Part shown: positions 1-9,404 of the stretch, piece after piece
Layout of the letters: each line of letters starts with the position of its first letter
Position numbering within the stretch: the first letter of the stretch is position 1
Origin: Pedosphaera sp.
Lineage (GTDB): Bacteria > Verrucomicrobiota > Verrucomicrobiia > Limisphaerales > DSYF01
Reading direction: 5' to 3'
Length of the DNA: 64,000 nt
Assembly: GCA_017853715.1 (NCBI GenBank)
Contig: JAFMIZ010000005.1
Location: 2,835-66,834 of the forward strand
Program-made: the position numbers and the translations under genes
Notes under the pieces: model-generated
The model's input: the letters and a program-made list of their open reading frames with translations, nothing else
Database searches by the model: none
Told to the model about the DNA's origin: nothing

Positions 1-1
1 C

Positions 2-94
2 ATCAGCGGGACATCGGCGCGCGTGGAATATGTAAAAACTGCAGATCCGAAAGGTGAGACCATTGCTGACGCCTACTCGCTCAAGCCCAACTGA
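2..94 (+). CDS. 3' end of an unidentified CDS entering from the left edge (partial)
   Basis: Frame is open from the window edge and ends at TGA 92-94 (...VEYVKTADPKGETIADAYSLKPN*). Thirty residues are too few to assign a family. Confidence 0.3.
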   Translation: MSGTSARVEYVKTADPKGETIADAYSLKPN

Positions 95-274
95 TTTGCG
101 GTGTCCACCGGGAATGGGCCTGCCTCTCTCCAGTTTTCGGCGAGACACCGAAAACAGCGGGCCAGAGGCCTATGCCACCAATGTTGACGCGCAGTTTCCC
201 GGCTTGTTCCCAGAAGATTCTTTGTTACGGTGCGAGGCCCGCGAGGTCGAACCGGCAGCGCGACCACGAATTCA

Positions 275-2185
275 ATGTCCACCATCATCAATGCCACCGA
301 TGTCACCGTGCGCTACGGCGACCGCGCCATCCTCGATTCGGCGACGCTGGCCATCGACGAGGGCCAGCGCATCGGGCTCGTCGGTCGGAATGGCTGCGGC
401 AAGACCACCTTCCTGAAACTGCTGGCGGGATTGCAATCACCGGACAGCGGCGACATCACCCGACGGCGGGATCTGTTGATCAGCTATCTATCACAGGATT
501 TCACGCTGGACCCAAATCTTGATGTGCGCGGCAATGTGCGCGCCGGGGCGCAGCACGTGCTCGACCTCATCGCGAAGTTCGAATCCTTGCCGCACGATTC
601 AAAACATCACGAGGAGCTGGAGCATCGCATCCAGGCACTCGAAGGCTGGACGGTGGACACACGCATCGAGACCGCGATGTCGCATCTCAACTGCCCCGCG
701 GGCGACCGCAACATCGCCACGTTGTCGGGCGGTGAAAAGCGGCGCGTGGCGCTGGCCCGGGCCATCGTGTCGCGTCCGGACTTCCTGGTGCTGGACGAAC
801 CGACCAACCATCTCGACCCGGAATCCATCGAGTGGGTTGCGGAATTCCTCGAAGGCTTCGGCGGCACGTTTCTCGTGGTGACGCACGACCGTTATTTCCT
901 CGACCGGGTGGTGAACCGCATCGTCGAGTTGTGCGACGGCAAGTTCTGGTGGCACGACGGCAATTACACCGATTACCTGCTCGACAAGGCGGAACGTCAA
1001 GCCGCCGACGCGACGGTGGAGCACAAGCGCCAGATGTTCCTGCGCAAGGAGCTGGAGTGGGTCCGCACCGGTCCGCGTGCCCAACGCAAGAAGGCCAAGA
1101 ACCGCTTCGACCGTTTTGACGATGTCTCCGCGCAGGAGGCCAAACCCGTCGAGGAAGACATGGAGTTGGTCATTCCTCCCCCGCCCCAGTTGGGCAATCG
1201 CACCGTGGAGCTTACCGGCGCGGGAATGGAACTGGGCGGCCGGAAGCTGTTCTCCGATTTCAGCTTCACCTTCGAGAACGGCCAGCGCATCGGCGTGTGC
1301 GGCCGCAACGGCCTCGGCAAAACCACGTTGCTCAAGGTCATGATCGGCCAGCTGGAACCGACCAAGGGCACGGTGAAGACCGGCCAGTTGACGCAATTCA
1401 ACTACGTGGACCAGGGACGCCTTCAACTCAACGAGGAGCGCACCGTGCTGGACGAATGTTCCGACGGCACGGAGTTCGTCATCTGGGGCGACTCGCGCAT
1501 CTCCGTGCGGTCGTACCTGAAACGATTCCTCTTCGCCGATGATCGCATCGTGACGCCGGTGAAGAAATTGAGCGGCGGTGAGCGCAGCCGGTTGCTGCTC
1601 GCCAAGATCCTCAAGTGCGGCGGCAACTTCCTCATCCTCGACGAACCGACCAATGATCTGGACCTGCCGACCTTGCGTGTGCTGGAGGAGGCGTTGATCG
1701 CTTTCCCCGGCGTGGTGTGCGTGGTGAGCCATGACCGTTATTTCCTGAACCGCGTGTGCACCGACATCCTCGCCTTCGAGGGCGACGGCAAAATCCATCA
1801 CAGCGTGGGCGACTACGATTACTACCTCGAGAAGAAGGAACGCGCCTCCGTGGCGGCCGCTCGGGAGAGCGCGGCAATTCTCAATCTCAACAAGTCAGCC
1901 GCAGCCTCCCGGAACGCGGCCATACCTAAGCAGGCCAAGCCCCGCAAGCTCTCCTTCAAGGAGGCCCGCGAGCTGGAGGGCATCGAAGGTCAGATTCGCG
2001 CCGTGGAATCCGAGGTGGCGCGCATCGAGGGTTTGTTTGCCGATCCGGAATTCTTCCGCAAGCACGCCGCGCAGGTGAACCAACTCACGGACGAACTTGA
2101 CGCGGCGAAGCAGAAGGTCACCCAACTCTACGCCCGCTGGGAGGAGCTGGAGGCGGTCAAGAACGCCGCTAGTCCGCAGGCCTAA
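275..2185 (+). CDS. ABC-F family ATPase (Uup-like, soluble, two ABC cassettes)
   Basis: Walker A GRNGCGKTT and GRNGLGKTT. Signatures LSGGEKRR and LSGGERSR. Walker B LVLDEPTNHLD and LILDEPTNDLD. No TM segments; C-terminal coiled-coil tail. Start moved from the ORF-track 230 to ATG 275 (MSTIINATD...). Confidence 0.9.
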   Translation: MSTIINATDVTVRYGDRAILDSATLAIDEGQRIGLVGRNGCGKTTFLKLLAGLQSPDSGDITRRRDLLISYLSQDFTLDPNLDVRGNVRAGAQHVLDLIAKFESLPHDSKHHEELEHRIQALEGWTVDTRIETAMSHLNCPAGDRNIATLSGGEKRRVALARAIVSRPDFLVLDEPTNHLDPESIEWVAEFLEGFGGTFLVVTHDRYFLDRVVNRIVELCDGKFWWHDGNYTDYLLDKAERQAADATVEHKRQMFLRKELEWVRTGPRAQRKKAKNRFDRFDDVSAQEAKPVEEDMELVIPPPPQLGNRTVELTGAGMELGGRKLFSDFSFTFENGQRIGVCGRNGLGKTTLLKVMIGQLEPTKGTVKTGQLTQFNYVDQGRLQLNEERTVLDECSDGTEFVIWGDSRISVRSYLKRFLFADDRIVTPVKKLSGGERSRLLLAKILKCGGNFLILDEPTNDLDLPTLRVLEEALIAFPGVVCVVSHDRYFLNRVCTDILAFEGDGKIHHSVGDYDYYLEKKERASVAAARESAAILNLNKSAAASRNAAIPKQAKPRKLSFKEARELEGIEGQIRAVESEVARIEGLFADPEFFRKHAAQVNQLTDELDAAKQKVTQLYARWEELEAVKNAASPQA

Positions 2186-2276
2186 CTTCAAACCGCCCCA
2201 TAACAGATCCGAAACAGGGCTTAAGCGCCCTGTTTCCCGCGTGACTGCGAGCAACGCCAACCCTACATTCCCCGCC

Positions 2277-3674
2277 ATGAAACGGGTTGTCTCGCGCAGT
2301 GGACGGTTCTCCGGCGGTCCGGCCGCCGACGTCGCCTCATTTTCGGAATCCATCTCCTTTGACTGGCGGTTGTGGGAACACGACATCCGCGGCTCCATCG
2401 CGCACGCCACCATGCTGCAGAAGATTGGCGTGCTCTCCGGCGGCGAACTTCACGCCATCCAGGACGGCTTGGAACACATCGGCGACGAGATCGAGGCGGG
2501 CAAATTCAAGTGGAAGGCCGACCTCGAGGACGTCCACATGAACATCGAGGCGGAACTCACGCGGCGCGTGCCCGCCGGGGCGAAACTGCACACCGCCCGC
2601 TCGCGCAACGACCAGGTCGCGCTCGACATGCGCCTGTGGTTGCGCGATGAAATCGCCGCGCTCCAAGGCGAAGTGCGGGAACTTCAGCAGGCGCTCGTCG
2701 AACTTGGTGCGGCCCATGCCGAGGTGATCATCCCCGGTTACACGCACCTGCAACGGGCGCAGCCGGTTTATTTCGCGCATCATCTGCTCGCCTACGTGGA
2801 GATGTTGGAACGGGATTTCACGCGACTGGCCGATTGCCGTGACCGCGTGAACGTCTGCCCGCTCGGCTCCGGGGCCATCGCCGGCTCCACCCTGCCCCTC
2901 GACCGCGAGCTCGTGGCCAAGTTGCTGGGCTTCGTGGATGCCAAGGGCAAACCGCGCCTCACGCAAAACTCGATGGACGCCGTGAGTGACCGGGATTTTC
3001 TTGTAGAATTCTGCGCCGCTGCTGCGTTGATTGCCGTGCATCTCTCGCGGCTTTCGGAGGACGTGATTCTCTGGGCCAGCGCGGAGTTCAATTTCATCAA
3101 GATCGCCGATGCCTACACCACCGGCTCTTCGCTGATGCCGCAAAAGCGAAACCCGGATGTCGCGGAGCTGACGCGCGGCAAATCCGCCCGTGTCATCGGC
3201 AATTTGGTCTCACTGCTGACGCTGTTGAAGGGATTGCCCATGACCTACAACCGCGACCTGCAGGAGGACAAGGAGCGGCTGTTCGACACCGCCGACACCG
3301 TGCGCGCCTGCGTGCGATTGATGGCGGCGATGATGGCGAACACCGAGGTCAACGCCGACATATGCGCCGCCGCCGCGAGCGACCCGCAGCTGCTGGCCAC
3401 GGATCTGGCTGATTATCTTGTGCAGAAGGACATGCCTTTCCGGCAGGCGCACCATGTGGTGGGCGCTGTCGTGGCGCATTGCGAAAAGACCAGCAAGGCG
3501 TTGAACGAGCTGACGGTGGCCGAGTACCGCAAGTTCAGCGACCGCTTCGGCGATGATATCCTTGAAGTGTTCGACTTGAAGAAAGCCCTGCAACGCCGTC
3601 AACTCACCGGCGCCCCGGGAACGAAGGAAGTCGCGAAGCAGTTGGCCAAATGGACACAGTCGCTTGGAGCGTAG
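2277..3674 (+). CDS. argH: argininosuccinate lyase
   Basis: Fumarate-lyase signature TTGSSLMPQKRNPDVAEL. N-terminus RFSGGPAADVASFSESISFDWRLWEHDIRGSIAHATML is typical of ArgH. Start taken at ATG 2277 (MKRV...), inside the longer 2097 ORF. Confidence 0.93.
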   Translation: MKRVVSRSGRFSGGPAADVASFSESISFDWRLWEHDIRGSIAHATMLQKIGVLSGGELHAIQDGLEHIGDEIEAGKFKWKADLEDVHMNIEAELTRRVPAGAKLHTARSRNDQVALDMRLWLRDEIAALQGEVRELQQALVELGAAHAEVIIPGYTHLQRAQPVYFAHHLLAYVEMLERDFTRLADCRDRVNVCPLGSGAIAGSTLPLDRELVAKLLGFVDAKGKPRLTQNSMDAVSDRDFLVEFCAAAALIAVHLSRLSEDVILWASAEFNFIKIADAYTTGSSLMPQKRNPDVAELTRGKSARVIGNLVSLLTLLKGLPMTYNRDLQEDKERLFDTADTVRACVRLMAAMMANTEVNADICAAAASDPQLLATDLADYLVQKDMPFRQAHHVVGAVVAHCEKTSKALNELTVAEYRKFSDRFGDDILEVFDLKKALQRRQLTGAPGTKEVAKQLAKWTQSLGA

Positions 3675-4737
3675 CGTGGCCGACGACAGCCAACCACTAC
3701 TGACCGGTCTGCTCAGACAGGTCTCGCGCTCGTTTTACCTGACATTGCGGGTGCTGCCGGGCGCGGTGCGTCCGCAGATCGGGCTCGCCTACCTGCTCGC
3801 GCGCACCACGGACACGATTGCGGACACGGATATTCTGCCCACCCAAGAGCGATTGAATGCGCTGGGTCTGCTGCGGGCCCGCATCATGGGGCACAAACGT
3901 GAGCCCTTGAACTTCGGTGCGCTGGCCCGTCAACAGGGCGATCCTGCCGAACGGACTTTACTGGAGCAAGTGGAGCAAAGCTTGGCGCTGCTGGATGAGC
4001 TGACGCCAGAAGACCTCGGGCTGGTCAGGCAGGTGATCGATACCATCACCAGTGGGCAAGAGATGGATTTGTTGAGGTTTGAAGGCCGGGCGGATGGTCC
4101 CCTGTCCGCCGTTTCCGACAATTGCCCTTGGCGCGCACGGAATGACACGCCCTGCCAAATCATCGCATTGCAAACCGAGGCCGATCTGGATGACTACACC
4201 TATCGCGTGGCGGGCTGCGTGGGGGAGTTTTGGACGAAGATGTGCCGGGCACATTTGTTTCCCGAGGCGAAGCTGGATGATGCGCAACTGCTCCGAGATG
4301 GAGTGCGCTTCGGCAAGGGGCTGCAACTAGTGAACATTCTACGCGACCTGCCGGAGGATCTGCACCAAGGACGTTGCTACATTCCGGCGGATTCATTGAG
4401 CCGCAAAGGCCTTTGCCCCAATGACTTGAGGAGTGCGAACACGGAGCCAAAGTTTCGGCCGCTCTACCATGCGTTGCTGAACAGCGCGGAAGAACATCTC
4501 GCTGCGGGTTGGGCCTACACGGCTGCCCTGCCCGTCGGTCAATGGCGCGTTCGCTTTGCCTGCGCATTGCCGGTCTTGATTGGTGTGCGCACGCTTGAAT
4601 TGCTGCGCAAGGTAAACGTGTTGGACGCAGGGCAGCGCGTGAAAGTTTCGCGGGCGGAGGTGAAAGACCTGATGTTGCGCGTTGCCACCCGCCTGCCCTC
4701 CGCTTCAATGTTCAAGGCGCTTTATCCCGGCAAATAA
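3664..4737 (+). CDS. squalene/phytoene synthase family protein (HpnC/HpnD/SQS-like head-to-head prenyl synthase)
   Basis: Motifs SRSFYLTLRVLP, YTYRVAGCVGEFW and LQLVNILRDLPEDLHQGRCYIP. The ORF-track start 3664 is TTG and overlaps the argH stop. In-frame GTG 3676 lies 1 nt after the argH stop and is an equally plausible start. Confidence 0.8.
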   Translation: MERSVADDSQPLLTGLLRQVSRSFYLTLRVLPGAVRPQIGLAYLLARTTDTIADTDILPTQERLNALGLLRARIMGHKREPLNFGALARQQGDPAERTLLEQVEQSLALLDELTPEDLGLVRQVIDTITSGQEMDLLRFEGRADGPLSAVSDNCPWRARNDTPCQIIALQTEADLDDYTYRVAGCVGEFWTKMCRAHLFPEAKLDDAQLLRDGVRFGKGLQLVNILRDLPEDLHQGRCYIPADSLSRKGLCPNDLRSANTEPKFRPLYHALLNSAEEHLAAGWAYTAALPVGQWRVRFACALPVLIGVRTLELLRKVNVLDAGQRVKVSRAEVKDLMLRVATRLPSASMFKALYPGK

Positions 4738-4768
4738 AAACCCGGCCTGCCGCAGCAAGCCGGGTTTG
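4736..4768. terminator. bidirectional intrinsic terminator between convergent genes
   Basis: aaaaaCCCGGC-(12 nt loop)-GCCGGGttt: a 6-bp GC stem flanked by an A-run and a T-run, lying between the stop at 4737 (+) and the stop at 4785 (-). Confidence 0.5.
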
Positions 4769-4784
4769 GAAAACCAAGTCAAAT

Positions 4785-5114
4785 TTACCGCGCGGCAGGT
4801 GCCGCGGGATTGGTCAACTGCACCACGCCGTATTTTACCAGAATAGGCATCAAGTCCTGGTGGGTCTTGCCATACTCGCGAAGCTTGGCCGAGAAATTGT
4901 TCACGGCAGGTTCGGTCTGCTGCTGATAGCCGGCAACAACCTGCTGGAGCATGTCCCGTTGCTTGCCGATCTCGGAACTCTGGCGCGAGAACGAGATCAG
5001 GAGCGTAGCGCTGACCAGAAACAGGAGAATCAGCACCGAGTTAAGTTGATGGCGCAAGGCGGCGCAAGTTTCGCGCAGATCTTCCGGGCCGTTTGTGGGG
5101 ATGGGTTCGTTCAT
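4785..5114 (-). CDS. small single-pass membrane protein, unknown function (paralog of 5119..5388)
   Basis: ATG 5114 (MNEPIPTNG...). One hydrophobic helix (VLILLFLVSATLLISF) followed by a helical tail ...AVNNFSAKLREYGKTHQDLMPILVKYG that aligns with the upstream neighbour. Confidence 0.6.
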   Translation of the reverse strand: MNEPIPTNGPEDLRETCAALRHQLNSVLILLFLVSATLLISFSRQSSEIGKQRDMLQQVVAGYQQQTEPAVNNFSAKLREYGKTHQDLMPILVKYGVVQLTNPAAPAAR

Positions 5115-5118
5115 GGGC

Positions 5119-5388
5119 TTACTTGGCGGCAGGTTGCGGTTGGGCTTGGACTGGCTGCATGACGGACTGGAGCAGCGGTTTAATCTGCGGGTCACGCTTG
5201 CTGTATTCAGTCAGTTCTGCGAGCAGGCTGTTCACTGCGATGTTGCTCTGTTGCACTCGGGCAACCATGGGTTGCAACCGGCTGATTTGCTTGGCCCGGT
5301 TAGTGGAAACAATATAGCAGGCGATGGTGCCAACCACGCAGAAGGCGGTAATTCCCATCAGTATAGGGGTAATTTGAGCGCTTTTCAT
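5119..5388 (-). CDS. small single-pass membrane protein, unknown function (paralog of 4785..5114)
   Basis: ATG 5388 (MKSAQITPILMGITAFCVVGTIACYIV...). Tail ...IAVNSLLAELTEYSKRDPQIKPLLQSV parallels its neighbour. Only 4 nt separate its stop from the next start. Confidence 0.55.
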   Translation of the reverse strand: MKSAQITPILMGITAFCVVGTIACYIVSTNRAKQISRLQPMVARVQQSNIAVNSLLAELTEYSKRDPQIKPLLQSVMQPVQAQPQPAAK

Positions 5389-5557
5389 AATTGCGATGGC
5401 GCAACAGTAGCTTGCCTGCAGGCGGAGGGCCAGCCTTTTAGGGCAGGGCCCGGCACTTGATTTGGGTGAAAACAGTGAGATTATTGAACCACAGCACACA
5501 TAAATAATTCGTAACGCCGCGAAGACGCCTGCGGTCCCTCCTTTTGCACCATCCTCC

Positions 5558-7741
5558 ATGAGAAACTTTATGCCGCTCCTGGCGGGCATCGCCCTGCTGG
5601 CACCGACCGTCCTACATGCCGACGGTTATGGTTCCGAAACCCCGCCCGCCATCACCAACTTGAGCGTGCTGGGCAATCAGAAGAGCATCCGCTTTCCCCT
5701 GTATCCAGGCGTGGAGGCCTACACGTTCCTGAGTGCGAGCAACGGCGCAGGCCCGTTTGCAGTGGACACGAATTTTTTCATCGCCCCTTACACCAACGTG
5801 CTGGCGCTTGGCTCGAACGCGGTGACCAACGTCTCCTACGAATGGCGTGCCACGAACAACTCGGGGAGTTCGCGTTTCTATCAGGTGCAACTCACCCCGG
5901 AGGCGTCGTCGAACCTCCTGGCCGCGCAGGTGTTGAACCGGCTGACCTACGGTCCCACGCCGGACGAACTGGATCGCATCCACAGTATCGGGCCAGAGGC
6001 TTACATCGCGGAGCAACTGGCTCCGTGGTCAATTGCGGAGAACGCCGAGGCGGCCGACACCGGCATCGCCACCTATGGTGCCTTGATGGCGGCACTCGAT
6101 GAAGTGGTCGACACCAACGATGCCCGTCTGCCAGAATTCCGCGGCTGGCACGTGTTGCGTGCGGTGAATGCGAGCCGGCAGTTGCTGGAAATCATGCTGC
6201 AATTCTTCGAGAACCATTTCGTCACCGAATACGGCAAGAGCTACAACTGGCTGAACAACAATTACACGAACATCCTCCGCCAACGCATCGCCGCCCGGAT
6301 GGAGTATGCTGAGAACCAGCGATGGCGCGCCGCCCTGCTCAATCCACAATGCACTTTCTACGACCTGCTCAGGATCAGTGCGGAGAGCCCGGCGATGATC
6401 ATTTACCTAGACACGGTCACCAGTCGTGGCGATGGCACGCGCATCGCGAACGAGAACTACGCGAGAGAGCTGTTGGAGTTGTTCTGCTTCGGAGTGGACA
6501 ACGGCTACACTCAAAGTGACATCACCGAAATGTCGAAAGCCTGGTCGGGCTGGCGCGTGCGCATCGTTCATCCGACCAACGCCTTTGACATCTTCGCCCC
6601 GGAAAGCCGCACCACCCTCGACGGCTCAGCCAATTACAACACCACCAACCTCTACGGCGTGTATGCCTTCAACTACCAGTCGAACTTCCACCGAAATGGA
6701 ATTAAGACGATCTTCCCCAGCAAGACCGTCCCCGCTCGATTCGGACCTCCTTGGGCGGGAACAAGCTATCAGCTGGTGCTCAATAACGGCAACGCCGATT
6801 CCACCAATACCGTAGCCGACGGCTACCAAGTGATCCAACACATGGCCAACCAGCCCTTCACGTCGGAATACATCAGCGTCAAGCTTTGCCGCCTGCTGGT
6901 GCACGATGGATTCCCCAATCCGACCACTTCAACGAACTTGGCGGAGTATGCGTTTTACAATTACCCCCAACCGAGCCTCAGTCCCGAGGCGCAACTGGTG
7001 CATGACTGCATGATGGCATGGGAAACCAACAGTCCCAAGGGGCAGATCTGGAAGGTGCTGAAAACCATCACTGATTCCGAATTGTTCCGGTCACACGCGG
7101 CGCAGGGCCAGAAGATCAAGACACCCCTCGAATACACGGTGAGCGCCGTGCGCGCCCTCCGCGCCAGCACCAACGGCACCGGCTTGAACGGCTCTTTCAC
7201 CGCAGATACCGATGGCATTGCGATCAGCGGCTCCAGTCTTGGCAACCCCGATGACGCCAACAATCCCCTGCTCCGCATGGGGCAGATGTTGCTGTTCGAT
7301 CGCGACGCGCCAGATGGTTATCCCGAGGATGGTGCGCCATGGATCAACGCAGGCACGCTGGGTGAACGCATCCGCTGGATTCAGTCCTATTGCATCGCCA
7401 ACGGGCTCCTCGGACACACGGGCAACGTCTCCACCAACGACGCCCAAAACACTGTGTCGAATCCTGTGCGTCTGCTGCAAACGAAGCTGCCCGCGTCCAG
7501 CTGGACCAACGCCACTGCCGTGGCCAATTACTTCGCGATCACGATCTATCCCGGCGAGGGCGCCGCGAACCTTCAGCTTTACCGCGATGCCGCCGTGAAC
7601 TTCCTCAACACCAGCGACACCGGCACTTCCTCACCCTTTGCCAGCCTCACGGTGAGTTCCACCGCCAACAGCACCTACGACAACCGCGTGCGCGGCATGG
7701 TGGCCGTGTTGATGTCCATGCAACGATTCCACGAACAATAA
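5558..7741 (+). CDS. DUF1800 domain-containing secreted protein
   Basis: Signal peptide MRNFMPLLAGIALLAPTVLHA. Hallmark DUF1800 strings LQFFENHFVT and ARELLELFCFGVDNGYTQSDITEMSKAWSGW. Confidence 0.85.
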   Translation: MRNFMPLLAGIALLAPTVLHADGYGSETPPAITNLSVLGNQKSIRFPLYPGVEAYTFLSASNGAGPFAVDTNFFIAPYTNVLALGSNAVTNVSYEWRATNNSGSSRFYQVQLTPEASSNLLAAQVLNRLTYGPTPDELDRIHSIGPEAYIAEQLAPWSIAENAEAADTGIATYGALMAALDEVVDTNDARLPEFRGWHVLRAVNASRQLLEIMLQFFENHFVTEYGKSYNWLNNNYTNILRQRIAARMEYAENQRWRAALLNPQCTFYDLLRISAESPAMIIYLDTVTSRGDGTRIANENYARELLELFCFGVDNGYTQSDITEMSKAWSGWRVRIVHPTNAFDIFAPESRTTLDGSANYNTTNLYGVYAFNYQSNFHRNGIKTIFPSKTVPARFGPPWAGTSYQLVLNNGNADSTNTVADGYQVIQHMANQPFTSEYISVKLCRLLVHDGFPNPTTSTNLAEYAFYNYPQPSLSPEAQLVHDCMMAWETNSPKGQIWKVLKTITDSELFRSHAAQGQKIKTPLEYTVSAVRALRASTNGTGLNGSFTADTDGIAISGSSLGNPDDANNPLLRMGQMLLFDRDAPDGYPEDGAPWINAGTLGERIRWIQSYCIANGLLGHTGNVSTNDAQNTVSNPVRLLQTKLPASSWTNATAVANYFAITIYPGEGAANLQLYRDAAVNFLNTSDTGTSSPFASLTVSSTANSTYDNRVRGMVAVLMSMQRFHEQ

Positions 7742-7757
7742 CCCGCGCATCCCTCCG

Positions 7758-9368
7758 ATGAACCAATTGAACATCATTACCCGCCGCGGTTTCATGGACC
7801 GCAGCTTCAAACTCGGCTTGGGCGTGGCGTTGTCCACCCTTCTAGACATTCCCCTCGTCGTTCGCCGCGCGCTGGCGGAAAATGGCATCGGCCTCAACGG
7901 CAAGAAGGTGCTGTTCATCTTCCTACGGGGTGCGAATGATTCCATCAATGCAGTCATACCGTCCCGCGACAGCGGCCTTTACAGCCTGAGTGGGAACAGC
8001 GGCACGGTTCGCACCGATGTGCGGCCCAACATCGGAATTCCTCTGGATGCGATTGACTATTCCAGCAGCACCATCGACTCCCCGGTGGCAGGTGCCGGTG
8101 CCACGTTTGCCTATAGCAACGCCATCCGGGCGGGCAACGGATTCGCCGCCCTGCATCCTTCTTTGAAATTCCTTTGTCCCGGTTTGCTGGCGAACGACCT
8201 CGCCGTCCTGCACCGCGTGGGTTATCCCAACCAGTCCCGCTCACACTTCGACTCGCAACGCTACTGGGAAAACGGTTCACCCAACAACAACGGTGTGCAA
8301 GAAGGCATCTTTTATCGGGCGATGGTCGAATCCGGCCTGGCCGCGACGGCCCCTCTGACCGGCGTCTCCTTCCAATCCGCCCTGCCCCTGCTCTTGCGCG
8401 GCTCGGGTGTGGCCATGACCAATCTGGCCGACCCCACACGTTACGACCTGCTGGGGGTGCCCTACCCGACCGGCGAGGCCAAGGCAGATGCGGCGCTGGC
8501 AGCGGCCAACAACTTTACCTTTCCGCACAAACAACAGCGCGATTTGCTCGCTTCCCAATACCGCAATCTGAGCCAGACGCTTGACCTGTTTGGCGGAATT
8601 GACTTCGTAGAGCAGGATGCACAGTTGGTGGACGATGCGAGCACGGACGGGTCCGGTAGCGCCTACCGGCTTTTCCCAACCGCCAACGGCACCAACGGCG
8701 GGGGCACGGCCACCAAATACGTTGTGGACACCGGCGCTTACTCGTTCATGAAAAACGTGCGGGCTGCCGCCCTGGTCTTGAACCAGACCGACGCCATCGT
8801 TTCCGGCACCGAGGTAGGCGGTTGGGATACGCACAATAACCAGGGCAGCACCTCCGGAACCCACGCTAACTTGTTGAGCCGGGTTGGCTGGGCGATGTAT
8901 GCCCTACGGAAGTATTTTCTGCGCTATGGCAAAGGTGGAACCAACGTGATTCCCGGAACCAACCCCAAGGTGGGCTGGAACGACGTGATCGTAGTCACGA
9001 TGTCCGAGTTCGGTCGCACGACCAAACAAAACGACAGTCTGGGCACCGACCATGCAGAAGCCGGCTGCATGTTCGTGGCTGGCGGCTCGGTGAACGGTGG
9101 CATCTACGGCTGTTCACCCAGCGACGCTGTGCCGTGGCTCACTGGCGACACCGGTTCACTCTATGGCGTCCAGAGCCGTTACCTCAAACGCGCCTACGAT
9201 TATCGTTCGGTGCTGGGCAAAATTATCCGTGACCACCTCGGCGCCACGCCTGGGCAGTTGGGACGCATCATTCCGGGCTATGCAAATCCGGCGGAAAATC
9301 TGGGCGTCACCTCGCCCGCCGCCGCTTTGGACGGCACCCAAATCATGGGCGAGCCCGCTATCATTTAA
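7758..9368 (+). CDS. DUF1501 domain-containing protein (sulfatase/alkaline-phosphatase-like fold, Tat signal)
   Basis: Twin-arginine leader ITRRGFMDRSFKLGLGVA. DUF1501 hallmarks SRSHFDSQRYWENG and VVTMSEFGRT...GTDHAEAG. Sits directly downstream of its usual DUF1800 partner. Confidence 0.88.
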   Translation: MNQLNIITRRGFMDRSFKLGLGVALSTLLDIPLVVRRALAENGIGLNGKKVLFIFLRGANDSINAVIPSRDSGLYSLSGNSGTVRTDVRPNIGIPLDAIDYSSSTIDSPVAGAGATFAYSNAIRAGNGFAALHPSLKFLCPGLLANDLAVLHRVGYPNQSRSHFDSQRYWENGSPNNNGVQEGIFYRAMVESGLAATAPLTGVSFQSALPLLLRGSGVAMTNLADPTRYDLLGVPYPTGEAKADAALAAANNFTFPHKQQRDLLASQYRNLSQTLDLFGGIDFVEQDAQLVDDASTDGSGSAYRLFPTANGTNGGGTATKYVVDTGAYSFMKNVRAAALVLNQTDAIVSGTEVGGWDTHNNQGSTSGTHANLLSRVGWAMYALRKYFLRYGKGGTNVIPGTNPKVGWNDVIVVTMSEFGRTTKQNDSLGTDHAEAGCMFVAGGSVNGGIYGCSPSDAVPWLTGDTGSLYGVQSRYLKRAYDYRSVLGKIIRDHLGATPGQLGRIIPGYANPAENLGVTSPAAALDGTQIMGEPAII

Positions 9369-9404
9369 GGCTGAACTCGTTTGCCCACAGGGCACTTACC
9401 TTGC

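Noticed and set aside
599-1801. 400-aa ORF antisense to the ABC-F gene. Similar long shadow ORFs occur at 21156-21935, 22634-23407, 23281-24291, 29753-30676, 30837-31727, 34240-35556, 46093-47052, 51804-53165, 54740-55738 and 56499-57581.
   Set aside because: Each lies opposite a CDS with clear family motifs. Their translations are Arg/Gly/Ala/His-rich with no recognisable motifs, the typical stop-poor antisense frames of GC-rich DNA.
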